From positions 142,228,001-142,292,000 of the forward strand of contig NC_042997.1 in the NCBI RefSeq assembly GCF_006345805.1: DNA of 64,000 nucleotides, read 5' to 3'. This DNA is from Octopus sinensis (Eukaryota). The position numbers and the translations under genes were made by a program. Positions 27,319 to 41,965 of this stretch are shown here, in pieces. How positions within the stretch are numbered: the first letter of the stretch is position 1; the number at the start of each line of letters is the position of its first letter. Below the pieces are notes generated by a model. The model saw only the letters and a list, made by a program, of their open reading frames with translations, made no database searches and had not been told where the DNA came from.

Positions 27319-28128
27319 GTTTCAGTGTATGCACTTATAGTATAAAAAGAAAAAAAAAAAAGAGATGAATGTGCTCATGCAAGTACATCTACATGCATGC
27401 ATTTCGACACATACGCACACAAGATGGTTGTCTCTCTTGTGAGAAATTTCTTTGTTTTATTTGGTTTATTTGTATCGAAACAATATTTTCAGTCTGCTTT
27501 TTGAAAGAAAATAGGTGTGGATTACTTATCTGAAAAGGAGAGTAATCCTATGTCTAATTAATGAAGCTAGTTTTGTTTGGTGAAAGATCTCTTTCAACCA
27601 ATATTGTTTATGTCTCAGTAGATGTGTATCTGTGTCTGCTACCTCATATGTTATAATATATAAAGTAAAACACATAATGAAGATTAGTGGATATGATGTC
27701 ACTGTACTTTAGCTGTGCACTAATGCATCTGTCTTTTCTGAGTAAATGAATGTTTGTATTTAAGAAGAGAAAGACTGGATTACCTATTGAAGCACACTGT
27801 TTTTAATATCTATTATCTTTTGCTTGCTTCATTCATTGAACTGTGGCCATGCTGGGGCATTGCCTTGAATGGTTTTAGTTGAACAAATCACTTCCAGTAT
27901 TTATTCTTAAGTCTGGCACTTATTCTGTTGGTCTTTTTTTGTTGGTTTGCTAAGTTACACTGGTTGTCAGGCAATGGTGGAGGTCAAGTATAAATACACA
28001 CACACATTGTGTTTATACACACACACACACACATGTAATGAAAAAGGTTTGATAAAATAATTTTTCTATGTGGTGAAATGTAGAGACAAATATAAAAAGA
28101 AGGAAAATGAGCAGAAATTTTATGATGG

Positions 28129-28174
<46 letters not shown>

Positions 28175-28348
28175 TGATTGATTGATTGATTCTAGTTTCA
28201 GCTTATGAGCTGTGGCCATGCTGGGGCACCGCCATTTGAATATATATATATATATATATATATTGATATAGGATAAAATTTTTTTCGGGAAAAATTTTTT
28301 ATCAATGGCCAGCATATCAAAAAATGCCTTTAAAGGTAAAATTTATAC

Positions 28349-28491
28349 ATAATTTACAAGATAAGGGCAAAAGAAAAATTCTAATGCCAGATACGCCGAA
28401 ACAAAAAATTATCGATACAAAAAATTATCGACAATTTTTTGTTTCGGCGTATCTGGCATTAGAACTTTTCTTCTGCCCTTATCTTGTAAAT

Positions 28492-28494
<3 letters not shown>
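28349..28494. repeat. fold-back inverted repeat (about 67-bp arms)
   Basis: ataatttacaagataagggca...gccagatacgccgaaacaaaaaatt pairs with aattttttgtttcggcgtatctggc...tgcccttatcttgtaaattat. Confidence 0.9.
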
Positions 28495-28529
<35 letters not shown>

Positions 28530-28814
28530 TATATATATACATATATATTCGATGGAAATTGTAGTTGTGATACCAGTGCCGGTGGCACATAAAAACCACC
28601 AACCGATTGTGGCCATTGCCAGCCTCGCCTGGCATGTAAAAAGCACCCACTACACTCGCGGAGTAGTTGGTGTTAAGAAGGGCATCCAGCTGTAGAAACA
28701 CTGCCAGATCAGACTGCACCTGGTGCAGCCTCCTGGCTTCCCAGACTCCAGTTGAACCATCCAACCCATGCTAGCATGGAAAGCAAGCGTTAAACAACAA
28801 TGATGATGATGATG

Positions 28815-29200
28815 ATTCTTATTCTTTTATTTGTTTCAGTCATTTGACTGCAGCCATGCAGGAGCACTGCCTTTTAGTTGAACAAATTGATACCAGGACT
28901 TATTCTTTGTAAGCCTAGTACTTATTCTATTGGTCTCTTTTGCCGAACCACTAAGTTACGGGTACATAAACACACCAGCTTTGGTTGTCAAGCAATGGTT
29001 GTCAATGCAGACACACAAACATATATATATATATATATATATGGGCTTCTTTTAGTTTCTGTCTACCAAATCCACTCACAAGGCTTTGGTCAGCCCGAGG
29101 CTATAGTAGAAGACACTTGCCCAAGGTGCCATACAGTGGGACTGAATCTGGAATCATGTGGTTGGTAAGCAAGCTACTTGCTACACAGCCACTCCTGCGC
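28815..29200 (-). mobile_element. tRNA-derived SINE, family B (representative; others near 5560-6135, 31080-31537, 37440, 38990, 58800, 60750)
   Basis: Head ggctgtgtgg.aagaagcttgctt...ggttcagtcccactg, internal microsatellite, 3' end gcagtgctcc.gcatggc.gcagtcaaatgactgaaac. Confidence 0.8.
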
Positions 29201-32200
29201 CTGTATGTTTGTTTGAAATAAAATATTTACATAATCGACTGGTTTTGCCTGTGCTAATCATGACTAAGAGGTTAATTACAATGTTATAATTTTATACTAT
29301 CATAAGAAGTTTTCATTCCATTGTAGTAGAAAAAAACAATGGGTTACTTTCAGTTTCTGTCTACCAGATCCACTCACAAAGCTTTGGTCAGCCTGAGGTT
29401 TGACCAAGGGGTTACAGTGTGGGACTGAACCTGAAACAATGTGGTTGGAAAGCAAACTTTTGACTATACAGCTAAGGCCTGCACCTATTATGTAATAAAT
29501 AGATGACCAGTGAGATAAAGATGAATCATACTAAATCTTAGTTGTTAGAAATCTTGCATAGAGAATTATTTCTAAAACAGGGTTGAATTTGATGTTAAAG
29601 AGATACTGCACTTTGACACCTGTATGTGTCTTCATTAACCTAATTACAAACTAAGCTAGCATTTAAATCTGACCTGTCCAGTACAGCATAACCTGCTTAT
29701 CACTTTCACTGCTTAAGTTTCAAGGTGTGTCTCTGATTGTTTGTTAATTAGAAATCCAGTTGCTTGATGTTAAAAATAAAGAGGAGACAGCATTAATTAA
29801 AAAGTAAATAAGTAATAAAATAAATAACCTAATAAATATGTTGATTTTATTGGAATATTTTCTGTGCATATATGTGCATGTGTGCATGCATGAAACAATC
29901 CTTCGATAGTTGTGAAGAAAAATTATTGCTAAATTTTCAAGTGTTATCATGAGTTTAAAATACTGAATTTTGCAAATTTCAAATAGAATTATTTCTTTCA
30001 AAATATGGAAATTTATTAAAATATTTTTTCTTGCTTTCTTTCTTTCTCTTAGAAAGCTTCTTTTCCTATTAACTTTGCTGTCTGTTCAAATTATAAAGTA
30101 TGTTTGTAAGTGCAGGCATATTTAATAGCAAACTATGTTAAATATTCTCCTTTACAACAGTGACCATCCTAGTTGTTAATAAAAGCTAAAAAGAAGTGAT
30201 TTTGCTGTTATATATCTTTTTTGATAATTACAATTTCTTTTCTTATTTAGAGCATTACCTTACGTGTAATTTATAATTTAAGCTAAGCTTACATATTAAA
30301 TCTCACATTCATTTCTAAAGGTCACATGATTTAATCTTTTATTGGTTAGGTTTCAGAAGTATATAAGACCACATTAGTATATATTACATTGGGTATATAA
30401 GTAAAACATATTTGCGTAGAAGGTGCATCTTTCGATAACTGAAATCCTTAATATTTTATTCCTGTTTTCTGTACATGGCATTGTTCCCATGTAATCAGAC
30501 TATATACAATTCTAAGTAAATAGCTTGCCAGAAATTAGGTTAATATAGCTTGGGATCCTTACCAAGAAGCCTAATCTAATTTTATCTGTATAGTTTTTTA
30601 CATCTTTATATTTGAGGATAGCGATGTTTTTTATTAAATTGCAATATGATATAAATAAGATTGTGCCAATAGCAATGTACTGTTAGATATTCGTTTCGAT
30701 GTACACACACAAAGTATTAGAGATTGTTAAGTTTTGGTCTGAGTAACTATACATTACATGTTTGGAGAAAACAATGGAAGAAGAACTGTTCCTCCAAGGT
30801 AAGAATGAAATAACTGCAGTAATTACTGGATTTGCCAAAGCAATAAAAATTATTATTGAATTTGTGGTATATCTTATGTGAAGTGAAGTAAGTCTTGTTA
30901 CTAGAATGTAGTCATTTATAGTTAGTAAATTGAGTAAAAGATTGTGCATCTAAACTTAAGTTTAGAGCAGTGCTTCAAAACATGTTTTGATTACATATAA
31001 GAATTTTCCAATTCTGCAGAGGGAAAGAAAAAAAATAAAAAGAATATATAGGAACCCAAGGAAAGTGATTTAAAAAATCTTTTACTTGTTTCACCGTTGG
31101 ACTGTGGCTATACCGGGGCACTACCTTGAAGAGTTTTTAGTCAAAGAAATTGATCTCAGTACTTATTATTTTTAAACCAGGTATTTAGTCTATTGGTCTG
31201 TTTTGCCCAACTGTTACATTACAGGCGTGTAAACAAACTAACACTGGTTGTCAACTGGTTGTGGTGGGAGACAAAGACACACACACATGCACACACACTC
31301 ACACACACACATGCACATGCACACACACTCACACACACACATGCACATGCACACACACTCACACACACATGATGGAGCTTCCATACAGTTTCCATCTACA
31401 AAATTTGCTCTCAAGGCATTTGGTTGGCCTTGGACAATAGTAGAAGACACTTGCCCATAGTACAATACAGTGGGACTAAACCCAAAATCATGTGATTTCA
31501 AAGTGAGCTTCTTAACCACACATCCATGCCTGCGCCTAATGATTTGAAAAATAACAACATATGATGCTCAGAGAGGGCAGGGCAGTGCTCTTGACTCTTA
31601 CAGGTTACATCAGTAGGTTGGTGGGTGTAGGAAATATGTAAGCATGGAGGGAGTTCCATAAGGTTATCCCCTGAAATTCTTTATTGTTTTCAAGTCATAA
31701 TAGGTTTGAACGTCAAGGTCAACAAATTCAAGTTATTTTATAGTCAACTGTAGACAATAGAATTTTGTTTTTATTCCAAATTTGTTTTATTTATTTATTT
31801 ATTTGTTTTATTTATTGGAAGTTGTAACTAAATATTTTAAACAAATTCATTCTCTAAATAAAAGAATGAATTCAGACACTTGAATAAAGCTGATTTACTA
31901 TACACAAATATGTTATGACACATTTTTGAAATTTTAGTTAAGAGAGGTAATTGGAGTATGAAATTTCCTTCAACTAATGTAAGAAAACTATATACAAGTC
32001 ATATTGAGAGTATTGAGATTCTCTACAGCAGTAATCCTCCAATTTTTTTTTTTACTTGCCAGTGAACTAGAGATCAAACAAAAGATTATTGGTGCACATT
32101 ACCTGAAAAGTTAAATTTGGAAAGTTAAAAGAGCAAACTGTATTTTGAAGATGTATTCGAAGTTAAAAATTTTGAGAGAATATTGAAAGCTATTGCTTGT

Positions 32201-32274
32201 TTTATTGAGCATACTTCTGTATATCACAAAATTATGAATTCTGTTTTTCCAGAAGCTTTAAATTATATTTTTAA

Positions 32275-33164
32275 CCCCTTAATGGATCAATTATTTTGAC
32301 ATGGCATTTCATTTCAGAGCATATTTTAAAATTTTCTTGTTTAATTATATACACTATGTTAATTACAAAAAAATGTTTTTTATTTTGTTTCCTTTATTTT
32401 TTATTATAGAAATTAAAATGTACTTTTACTCATTTGGATTTAAACGAGTTAAATTGGACATTGAAAAAATACATATAACTTAACTATCTTCGATTTTTTA
32501 TAGGATTTATTGCTTTTAAATCAAAGGAAAATTTTTAAAAAATGAGATAGACAGTTTATTTAGAATGATAATTTTTAAGACAAGGAGTTACACACAAAGT
32601 TATCTTGCAGACATCACATATGTATCTGCTTTCTCTTTGAATCGGACAAGCAATTGATTTCGTGCCATGCACGTGCATCTATCTGATTATCTTCTTTGTC
32701 ATTTTCTGAAAAATTGTCAGTCTGAACTACATATGTCTAATTCATCCCTAGAGCTTTCCAGATTGTGAAATGAAAAATCACTTTCGTGATCGCTGAATAT
32801 ATCTAAATCTTCATCCATTTTTAGAAAAAAAATGCGTAAATAATTCTCTTATTTGTATAAATAATAGAGAATCAAAATGAGACAGTTCTAAAATGACACC
32901 AACCTCGTCCTGAATCTGAGTATCCATTGAAGTAAAAGTTCAAGACTCAGAAGCATAAATTCTTTGAAATGGCACCAGAATATGTGCTGCCAGGCGTATG
33001 ACAAAGCGAGAAAATTCATGATTGCTCAACAATGAAATAACACAAAACAAATAAACTCGTTTGAGTGCTAAAATTAAAAGTTAATTTTGACCGAGTATAC
33101 TCGTCTGGTTCTAAAAAGATACATCTGTGATGCAGGAGTAAACTCGGGATAATCCATTAAGGGG
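32275..33164. mobile_element. piggyBac-type non-autonomous element
   Basis: TTAA on both sides (32271-32274, 33165-33168); 13-bp TIR CCCCTTAATGGAT / ATCCATTAAGGGG; subterminal palindrome cgagtatactcg. Confidence 0.85.
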
Positions 33165-34907
33165 TTAAAATCCATGGCACACTGATTTACCTCTAGTGGT
33201 TTGATGATTACAGCTGGATGCCTTTCCTAGTGCCAACTATTTTACAGAGTGTACGTTTTTTTTTTTTGCAGCTCAAACACTAGTGAGGTAACCATGCAGC
33301 TTGCATAACTGAGATCCACTTCCACTGATTGGTACTACAGTAGAAAGGGTGGAGATGAGGGATTCAAGTGTGAAAGAGTAGGTCAGAGCAGAACAGGTTT
33401 CTTGCTGTAGACTATTCACACTATAGGATATGACTTCTTACACTTATAGAAGAGAGGGTGGGAATGACTGGGGTGGAGCTGACAAGAGAAAACATCCTTT
33501 CTACTGGAGGCACAAAGGCCTCAAATTTGTTGGGGAGGGGGACTGGTTGATTACATCGACTCCAGTGTTTTACTGCTACTTAATTTATCAACCCCGAAAG
33601 GATGAAAGGCAAAGTCAAACTTGGCGGAATTTGAACTCAGAATGTAGTGACGGGCTAAATACCTATTTCTTTACTACCCACAAGGGGCTAAACACAGAGG
33701 GGACAAACAAGGACAGACAAATGGATTAAGTTGATTACATCGACACCAGTGTGTAACTGGTACTTAATTTATCGACCCCGAAAGGATGAAAGGCAAAGTC
33801 GACCTCAGTGGAATTTGAACTCAGAACGTAACAGCAGACGAAATACTGATAAGCATTTCACCTGGAGTGCTAACGTTTCTGCCAGCTCGCTGCCTTGAAA
33901 GGACAAAAAATAGTGATGAGGAAATGTTAGGGTGGACCCTTGAGATATAAAGTGAGAAGAAGTTGGGACAAGAAAACAAGGAACAAGAGTGGGTAGAGGT
34001 TGCGAGAGTATATGTAAATGAGAGATAATAAGAGATAGGGATTCTCCTACAAAGTAGTAAGGAAAGTGAAAAGAAAAGTGTTTAGCATTAATAAAATATA
34101 ATAATATTTATAATCTCTCATTGCATATTTATAGTAATCAATATTCAGCATGTTTAGAAAATTTACAAAAATTTGGGTAGAAGTCTGTAAATAATCAATA
34201 GAATAAACCTAAAATTATTTAATTTTTTTATTTTAATGTCTTAGTATAATCAAAATGTAAAACAGAACAATAGCTTTATAATTTTAATTGGCTTTAATTT
34301 AGTTTGTGAATTAATCAAATTATTCAAATTGTTCATCTTCATGACCAGTGTATTGTTTTTTAATTGATTTAAAGTATAATTGGGTGAAATTAAAGTGATT
34401 AATGAATTAATACTGATTGGTTAATTTTTACCTAAACCAGGTGAAACTTACTGATGACTCTGTACTACCACCATCACTGCCATCATTATCATCATCACCA
34501 CCACCACCACCATCATCATCAACATCTCCATTGTCATCCTTATCACCAACATCATCAATATTACATCTGCTTCCCATGGTGGCATGAGTTGGACAGGTCA
34601 TTTGCTGCCATCCTAGACATAGTCATGAGACCACACTGCACTTGCCCATTTCATTTTGGCATGGTTTTTACAGCTGGAAATCCTTCCTAACCCTAACCAT
34701 TTTTACACAGTATGTGTTGGTGCATTCTATTGTGGCACCAGCACTAGAGAGGTTGTCAGGCCCTCAGTAAGACTAAAGGGTCATACCTGCCCTATGATGT
34801 CGCCACTCATTTACCAACTACTTAACAGAATATATTGTGTTCATTTTGTCATTTCACCAGCTCTTGTGAATTTGAGTACCAGATCCTTACTGCTGTTTGT
34901 CTGTCTG

Positions 34908-34953
<46 letters not shown>

Positions 34954-37383
34954 ATATATGTATGTATGTATGTTGTATGTATGTATGTGTGTGTGTGTGT
35001 ATGTGTAAATTGAAATGTACAGTATTATATATCCATTACAGCCAATCTTACCAATTGGTTTTCCGCTAGGGATTTCACAGAGTGTTAGGTAACAGTCCGA
35101 TTATGTAACACTGTACTCATGAGAGGTAACCGTTATGGAATGAAATATGGTGACTGTTCACTATTGTTGGTAGTGAATAGACAATAAATATAATTTCTGT
35201 CATGGTCAATGCGACAATCACACACTACACATCTTTCTTCCAAACACTGTTGCAAACAGCAGAAGTGAGCTAGAATGTTAAAACTTAGTGCACATGTGCG
35301 GCAGTGTTCAAGGTCAGTCTGTGTCAAGCAGCTTCACTCTGCATGCTTTAGCTTTGTTACTATGGCAACAGTCCAGATACTTATTGATCAGACAAAGTAT
35401 ATATATATATACATATGCATGCACACACACATACACACAATAAGTAAAGTTTGTTTTTAAAATATAATGAAACAAGTTTTATATAAACTTGCTTTAGATA
35501 ATACTTAAATTTATTTGTCTTCATTATTGTTGTTGTTCTTCACCCCTTTTCCCTATTTCCTTATTCCCCTTCCTATTATTTTCATTTTCTTCCTTTTTCT
35601 CCTTATCCAAACAAAATAGTAGTCAGATAAAGAAAAGCAACTTAATTCTCATGTTTAATGTTTCTTTAATGTTCAGGAAATAATTGTTGCTTTTTCTTTT
35701 ATATTTTTCAGGTAAGTTTTCATGTTCAATCTTTCTGAGAAAACTATTTTGGTGTGTGATCTCAATGAATGTACAGCAACAGGTAACGAATTTAAAAATC
35801 CTTCCATATGTGTGTCTGTTGAATGTTTGAATAAAATGATTCCATTCATTGACTCTTTTGATACTAACCTGCCTCTGGCCAAGTCTGGTTTTATAATATA
35901 AATTTCTTTGTTTTAAAGTGGTCTAAAATTCAATGTTAATTCATGTTCTTACTAAATTATCTTACTAAATTTTTCACTATTTTAAAAATTAATTGAAATG
36001 TATTTCTACTAAAATGTGGCAGTGAAAAAAGGTTTAGATGTTGCTGATGTTAAATTTATAACTAAAATTTTATTTTATATCCATCTAAAAAAAAGTGAGC
36101 AGCTTGGTCAGTGAAAGCTCAAACAGAGCAGTGATCAAGATTTTTTGCATGATCTCTGAATAAGAAGAGAACCCTGATCCACATGTTACTTTCAGACTGG
36201 GGATAGATCCAGCTACTGAGGACAGAGTGGATTCTGCTAAAACCACTTAAAGGCAAGGCAGCAGTATCAAACTAGGTAACAGATTAGGTCTGCCTGTTTG
36301 AGTGTTGGACACATGAGTATTAGGGTTGTAGGTTTGATTCTCAGATCAAGCAATACATGGTGTCTTTGAGCAAGCTATTTCATTTCACACTACTTTATTT
36401 CACACAGCTATCAATGAGTATCATTGACAGCTGGGGCTAACTCTTTAATGGACTGGTATCCTTTCAGAGCAAGAAGAGGGTTGTACACTGATTCACTTAA
36501 ATATTACAGGAACTAGGATAAACCATACTCCAACAGGCCTTTAAAACTGACTTCAACTTCTTAAAATCCAGTACCTGCTACCTTTCACTTCTACTTTATG
36601 CTGTACACAGGCTACACAGGCTACACAGGCTCTTGTTTTGATCTTATTCATATTTAATCAAGTATTATGACAGAGAATTTAATTTTTGATCAGATGCTTT
36701 TTATATTTTATCATTTTATATTTTATTTACACATGTTCTTGGCGAAATATTGATCTCTCTAATCTGTTTAAGATTACTGCAGTATTGGCCACATCATTGC
36801 AGCGTTGCTGCAACACCAGCATCATTAATTTTTCTAACCAGCATTGAGACATTAGGGCTACAACGAACGTCTCACAAATATTCATTTTCTCGGCTATCAC
36901 AAGTTTGGTTCATTTTTCTCCAACCTGTTGCAGTTACCTTCTTCTCAAGACTTACCTTTTCTCTAGAGAACTCATGTCATAACAACAATGCTACTGCTCA
37001 GCGACCAAATTAGGCCTTACTGTCTTGAAATGGTAAGAACCCATTTGATTAATGTAGCCCTAGATGTGGTGTTCATGAAAAAAAAAGTCATTTCTTTTAT
37101 GTTTTTTTCGTTTACTTGTCTCAATCATTGGACTGTGGTCATGCTGGAGCTCTGCCTTGAAGGGTTTTAGTCAAACAAATTGATTCTGGTTTTTATGTTT
37201 TTTTAAAGTATTTATTCTATTGCCACTTTAGCCAAACTGTTAATTACAGGGACGTAAACAAACCAATATCAGTTGACAGGTGTGCAAGGAGAATAGGACA
37301 ACTACAAACACAAAGACACACAACATAGATATGAGTGTGTGTGTGTATGTATGTATGTATGTATATATGTATATATGTATGTA

Positions 37384-37433
<50 letters not shown>

Positions 37434-40249
37434 TATATTCTTTTATTCTTTTACTTGTTTCAGTCATTTGACTGCAGCCATGCTGGAGTACCGCCTTTAG
37501 TCAAGCAAATTACCCCAGGACTTATTCTTCATAAGCCTAGTACTTATTCTATCAGTCTCTTTTTGCTGAACCACTAAGTTACAGGGACATAAACACGCCA
37601 GCATCAGTTGTCAAGCGATGGAGGGGGTACAAACAGTCCAGTGGATTTTAATCATCCCTGGAATGTGGACTATGGTCACAAAAAACATTTGATTTGTAGA
37701 AACGCACATAGTGATACATTAAAATATTTATAAAGCCGATCTATGAATTATAACTGTTATTACTACATTTATTCTACGTTATATCTGTCAGTTTGGTGAG
37801 ATCCCATAAAACTGCTGTTACATGTTGGAATCACTAGACCATAGCTGTCATAATAAAATAGATGCTTTTATATGCATACTCAAAAATGTTTCCCATAAAC
37901 AAACTTAAAGGGTATATATATGGGAAACGTTTTGACTGCAGCCATGCTGGAGCACTGCCTTTAGTCGAGCAAATCGACCTCAGAACTTATTCTTTGTAAG
38001 CCTAGTACTTGTTCTTGGATTCTATTTAGTTTCCATTGACCAAATTAACTCACACATCATTGGTTGGGCTGAGACTATTGTAGATAACACTTGTCCGAGG
38101 TGCCAGGAAGTGAGACTGAACCTGAAACCACGTGGTTTTAAAGCAAGTTCCTTAACCACTGGTCAGGATTTGTATGTTGTTGATTATAAATTTACCCCAT
38201 CAGGACTAACCTGGGACTATACAACAACTCTCAGTTCATATTTTATCATTCATTTGTTTTACAATAAAATATATTGGATAACAGTAGCCTTGTTCCTGCA
38301 TATTTTAATCAGTTTTTGAAACCCAATGGCTTTCTTATCTCAGATGTATTCAGCCTTTCCCATAAGTTAAACTGTACATCAAACTTATTGTTTCTCTCCA
38401 GCTGTTGTAGATTGGCTGCATTTACTGCTTACATTTCACAACTACATCTCAGGCAACATTTGACTTTTCACTGTGTATTTATTGGTTTGAACAAAATGAA
38501 AACTAATGATTTGCAGGATCTATAATATCCTTTAATCCCTTAAGCTCTGATCACGAGATATCATGTAACAACTAAAATGTTGTCTTGCCCTGGATAATGA
38601 GATAATTCAGCCAAGAAAAATGCTTGTTGACTGCCAATCCTGAGATTTCTCCTGATTGTATGTTTCCTTATCCAAATTTATTTATGGAAATTTCTTTTAA
38701 TGACTAACGTGAAAATGTTTTACAATTGTTGTTAGTCATTTTTATTGTTCAATTTTAGTCATAAAGCTAATTTAAATGTTTTTTTTTTCATCCTGAAAAT
38801 GACACATATGCTACATGACTGAGAATCAGTTCTGAAGATGATTTTTGAAAATCTTCTCTGTCACTGGTTACTGATAATACAATAATACTTAGCAAAAATG
38901 TTTCAATTTTACTTGAGCTGAGACAAACATTAGTACTCCTGATTTCCAATAGTTGTGAAAATGAAATTAAATAAGGTATTATATAAGTGGGCACAGGCAT
39001 GGCTATGTGGTTAAGAAGCTCACTTTGTGTCATGTGGTTTTGAGTTCAATCTCACTGCGCAGCACTTTGAGCAAATACCTTCTATTATAGCCTGAGGCTT
39101 ACCAATGCTTTGTGAGTGAATTTGGTTGACTGAAACTGTGTGGAAGCCCACCTGTCTGTGTGTATGTGTGTATGTATGTATGTGCTTGTATTTGTGTTTG
39201 TTCCACCAGTGTTGGTTTGTTCAGGTCCCTGCAATTTTTGTGGTTTGGCCAAAGAGACTGACACAATAAACACCAGACTTAAAAGATAAGCACTTGGGTT
39301 GATTTGTTCAAATAAAACCCTCCAGGGTAGCACTCCAACATGGCCACAGTCCAGTGAATGAAACAAGTAAGATATAAAAGATAAATAACTGAGATCATTT
39401 CAGGACTTCCACAAAAGGAAATAGAAAGAAAACAAGAAATATAGTTTATAAATATACTTTCCACTGTTGTATTCTCAGTGGTGAAACTGCAACTGTTGAC
39501 CACCGAGTAACATGGAAAAGAAAATATGTAAAAATTGTTCAAAACAGGCTGTTATGAGCTGCTGGAGGTAGCATTTACCACCTAAACTTATATGTAAATT
39601 GCTTTCAGTTACATCACATGGCTGATTTTCCAGATATTTATGGAAGTAAATTATTATTATTTTTTTTTTGCCATTAACATTTTGATTACATTTTTGTTGT
39701 ATGTATTAATATTTTTATTCTGCATTTTTCTTTTTGCTTTATTTTACTATTTATTTCTTGTTCACATTCATTTTACTAAAATTTTCATATCATATTAAAA
39801 AATTATGCAATATAATTCTCAAGTGAATAAAATCATTTTTACAGCTCTTAAACAAACAGTTATTCTGGATTTTTTTTTTCTTTTACTTTTATTACTGAAA
39901 ACTTTATAGAAATGTTAGAACTGAAGCATTGGGAAGAGTTTATCCATAAGAGATGTTTATTAATGAATGTTTTAAAAATATTGTTTGGGCACAGAGGAGA
40001 ATGTACAGCTTATTCAGTCACTCTAGGCTTATAGTGTTGCTAGGGGAAATGAAACATAAGGCTTAAAAAGTTATATTCATTTTCTAATAAAAATCCATTC
40101 GTGGAAAGACACTTCTTCTGTATCATGTTTCTGCAGAAGTTTCTGTAAAAGTTCATTGCAGCCTACTTTGTAAGAAACTGATGTAAGTAAGCATGGTGAA
40201 AAACTCTGGAATATAATCATCATCATTGATTTGAGCTTGCTCAGATTTG

Positions 40250-40970
40250 CTTGACTTTATTCTACACACTTCTATTATCTTCCATGGTATGCGATAGTTA
40301 TTTTCTATGATATCCGGTGTCATCTTTTAACCGATTGATATATGTCTTTGTGAGAATGACCAATGCAATTACAACCATTTTGAGGTGCCTAAAGTAGTGT
40401 CCAGCACAGCTAACTTGTATTTCTCTTCTGGTGTCTAATACTCTAGGAAGCTTATTGAATAGTCTTTCATTATTGGAGTGTTCTTCCCAGAATGTATACA
40501 AAATGGTTTCCATGTAGGTGCCATTGTGCATACTTTCAAACAGTTTAGTTAGGGTCCAGGCGGAAGGGCCATAACATAACACAGACTTAACCATTTTGGG
40601 GAAAGGGGTTTCTTTTCAGATTCATTTAGATTTTCATATGATGCTGAAACTTTCAGTTGCTATCCAAGCTTTGCTGATATCAAACTTAATATCTGATTCT
40701 GTTGATACGATATTGCTTCTGAGATACATAAAAGAATATATCTGTTTTATTATACATTCCATGTAGTACCTGAGTAATTTTGTTGTCCTAACATTAGCAT
40801 TGAGGCTGATGCTTCCTGCAGCACCTTCCAAACTGTGAAGTAGGGTTGTGGCTCTTGTAGTGATTTCTGACATTAAGTCTTAAGCCATCGGCACAATCTG
40901 CATCTGCTACTGCAAATGCTGCATATCTGGAACTTGTTAACTTTGTGTTCCTTGTAAATCTGTTTCTTGT
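40250..40970 (-). mobile_element. RTE-clade LINE RT fragment, very degenerate
   Basis: TLLHSLEGAAGSISLNANVRTTK, FMYLRSNIVSTESDIKFDISKAW, SVLCYGPSAWTLTK. Confidence 0.75.
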
Positions 40971-41136
40971 GATCTCCTGAAGTGCTGAGGATACAATGAA
41001 GATAGAGTATATGAATAAAAATAATAAAAGGAAAAATTTAGCAACTAATATTTTCTCATGTGTAAAATCAAAGAGTAAATGTTTAGCTTTTTATTGTCAG
41101 TTTTATATATATATATATATATGTGTATACACACAC

Positions 41137-41178
<42 letters not shown>

Positions 41179-41782
41179 TATCATCATCATCATTATCATC
41201 ATTTAACATCCGCTTTCCATGCTGACATGGGTTGGACAGTTTGACATGGAGCTGGCTAGCAAAGCTTTCAAGACTCCAATTGTCTTTTGTGGTGTGGTTT
41301 CTATGGCTGGATGCCCTTCCAATACCAACCACTTAAGAGAGTGTACTGGGTGCATTTTATTAAATGCCTTTCATTATTTTTTAAACCCACACAATGTTAG
41401 TTATGAAAATTAATAACTTAAGTCAATAGTTAGTACTTTTACATGGTATTTCAATATTTCAGGGTTCTGTAGTTTACAGAACAGAGAAGCCAGCTAACAA
41501 CACCTTTCCTTCATAGATTTCCCAAAGAAGGGGTCCTAAACTTACATTGTTTTGGCATTAATAAAAAAAATAATTAATATCAGTTATATATATCAGACAA
41601 TGCTACTACTATACTGTTGTCATGTTTGAATCAAACTGAATCTCATAGAGATATAAATTTTTACAAGGGTAGGGTTGATTGTGACTGAAACTTTGGCCTA
41701 CATGGGGACATTGACTAGTTTCAAATTCTCTAGTAATTTATTATAATGTTGTGTGACTTATTATTCTGGATAATGCCAAACA

Positions 41783-41965
41783 TTAACACTCTTGTTACCA
41801 TATTTCTTTTGAAATATACTGACTATGTTTCAATTAATTACTTTTTAAATAATGAAGCTGGTGTTTGGAACATAACATGAAATTTTGATGGAAGGTTTTT
41901 AGATCTCTTTAAAACAGAAATTTGAACAATAAGAACCATGTGTGTTGGTATCAAAAGGGTTTAGA
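41783..41965. mobile_element. short piggyBac-type MITE (related copies near 18980-19232, 43795-44016, 61452-61968)
   Basis: Starts ttaacactcttgttacc and ends ggtatcaaaagggttta; shared internal aagctggtgtttggaa. Confidence 0.6.

Noticed and set aside
30721-30804. Candidate exon ending AAG/GTAAGA
   Set aside because: No polypyrimidine tract and the translation matches no family I recognise
35133-35327. Cys-rich 64-aa ORF as a zinc finger
   Set aside because: Cys spacing fits no known finger and there is no splice or start context
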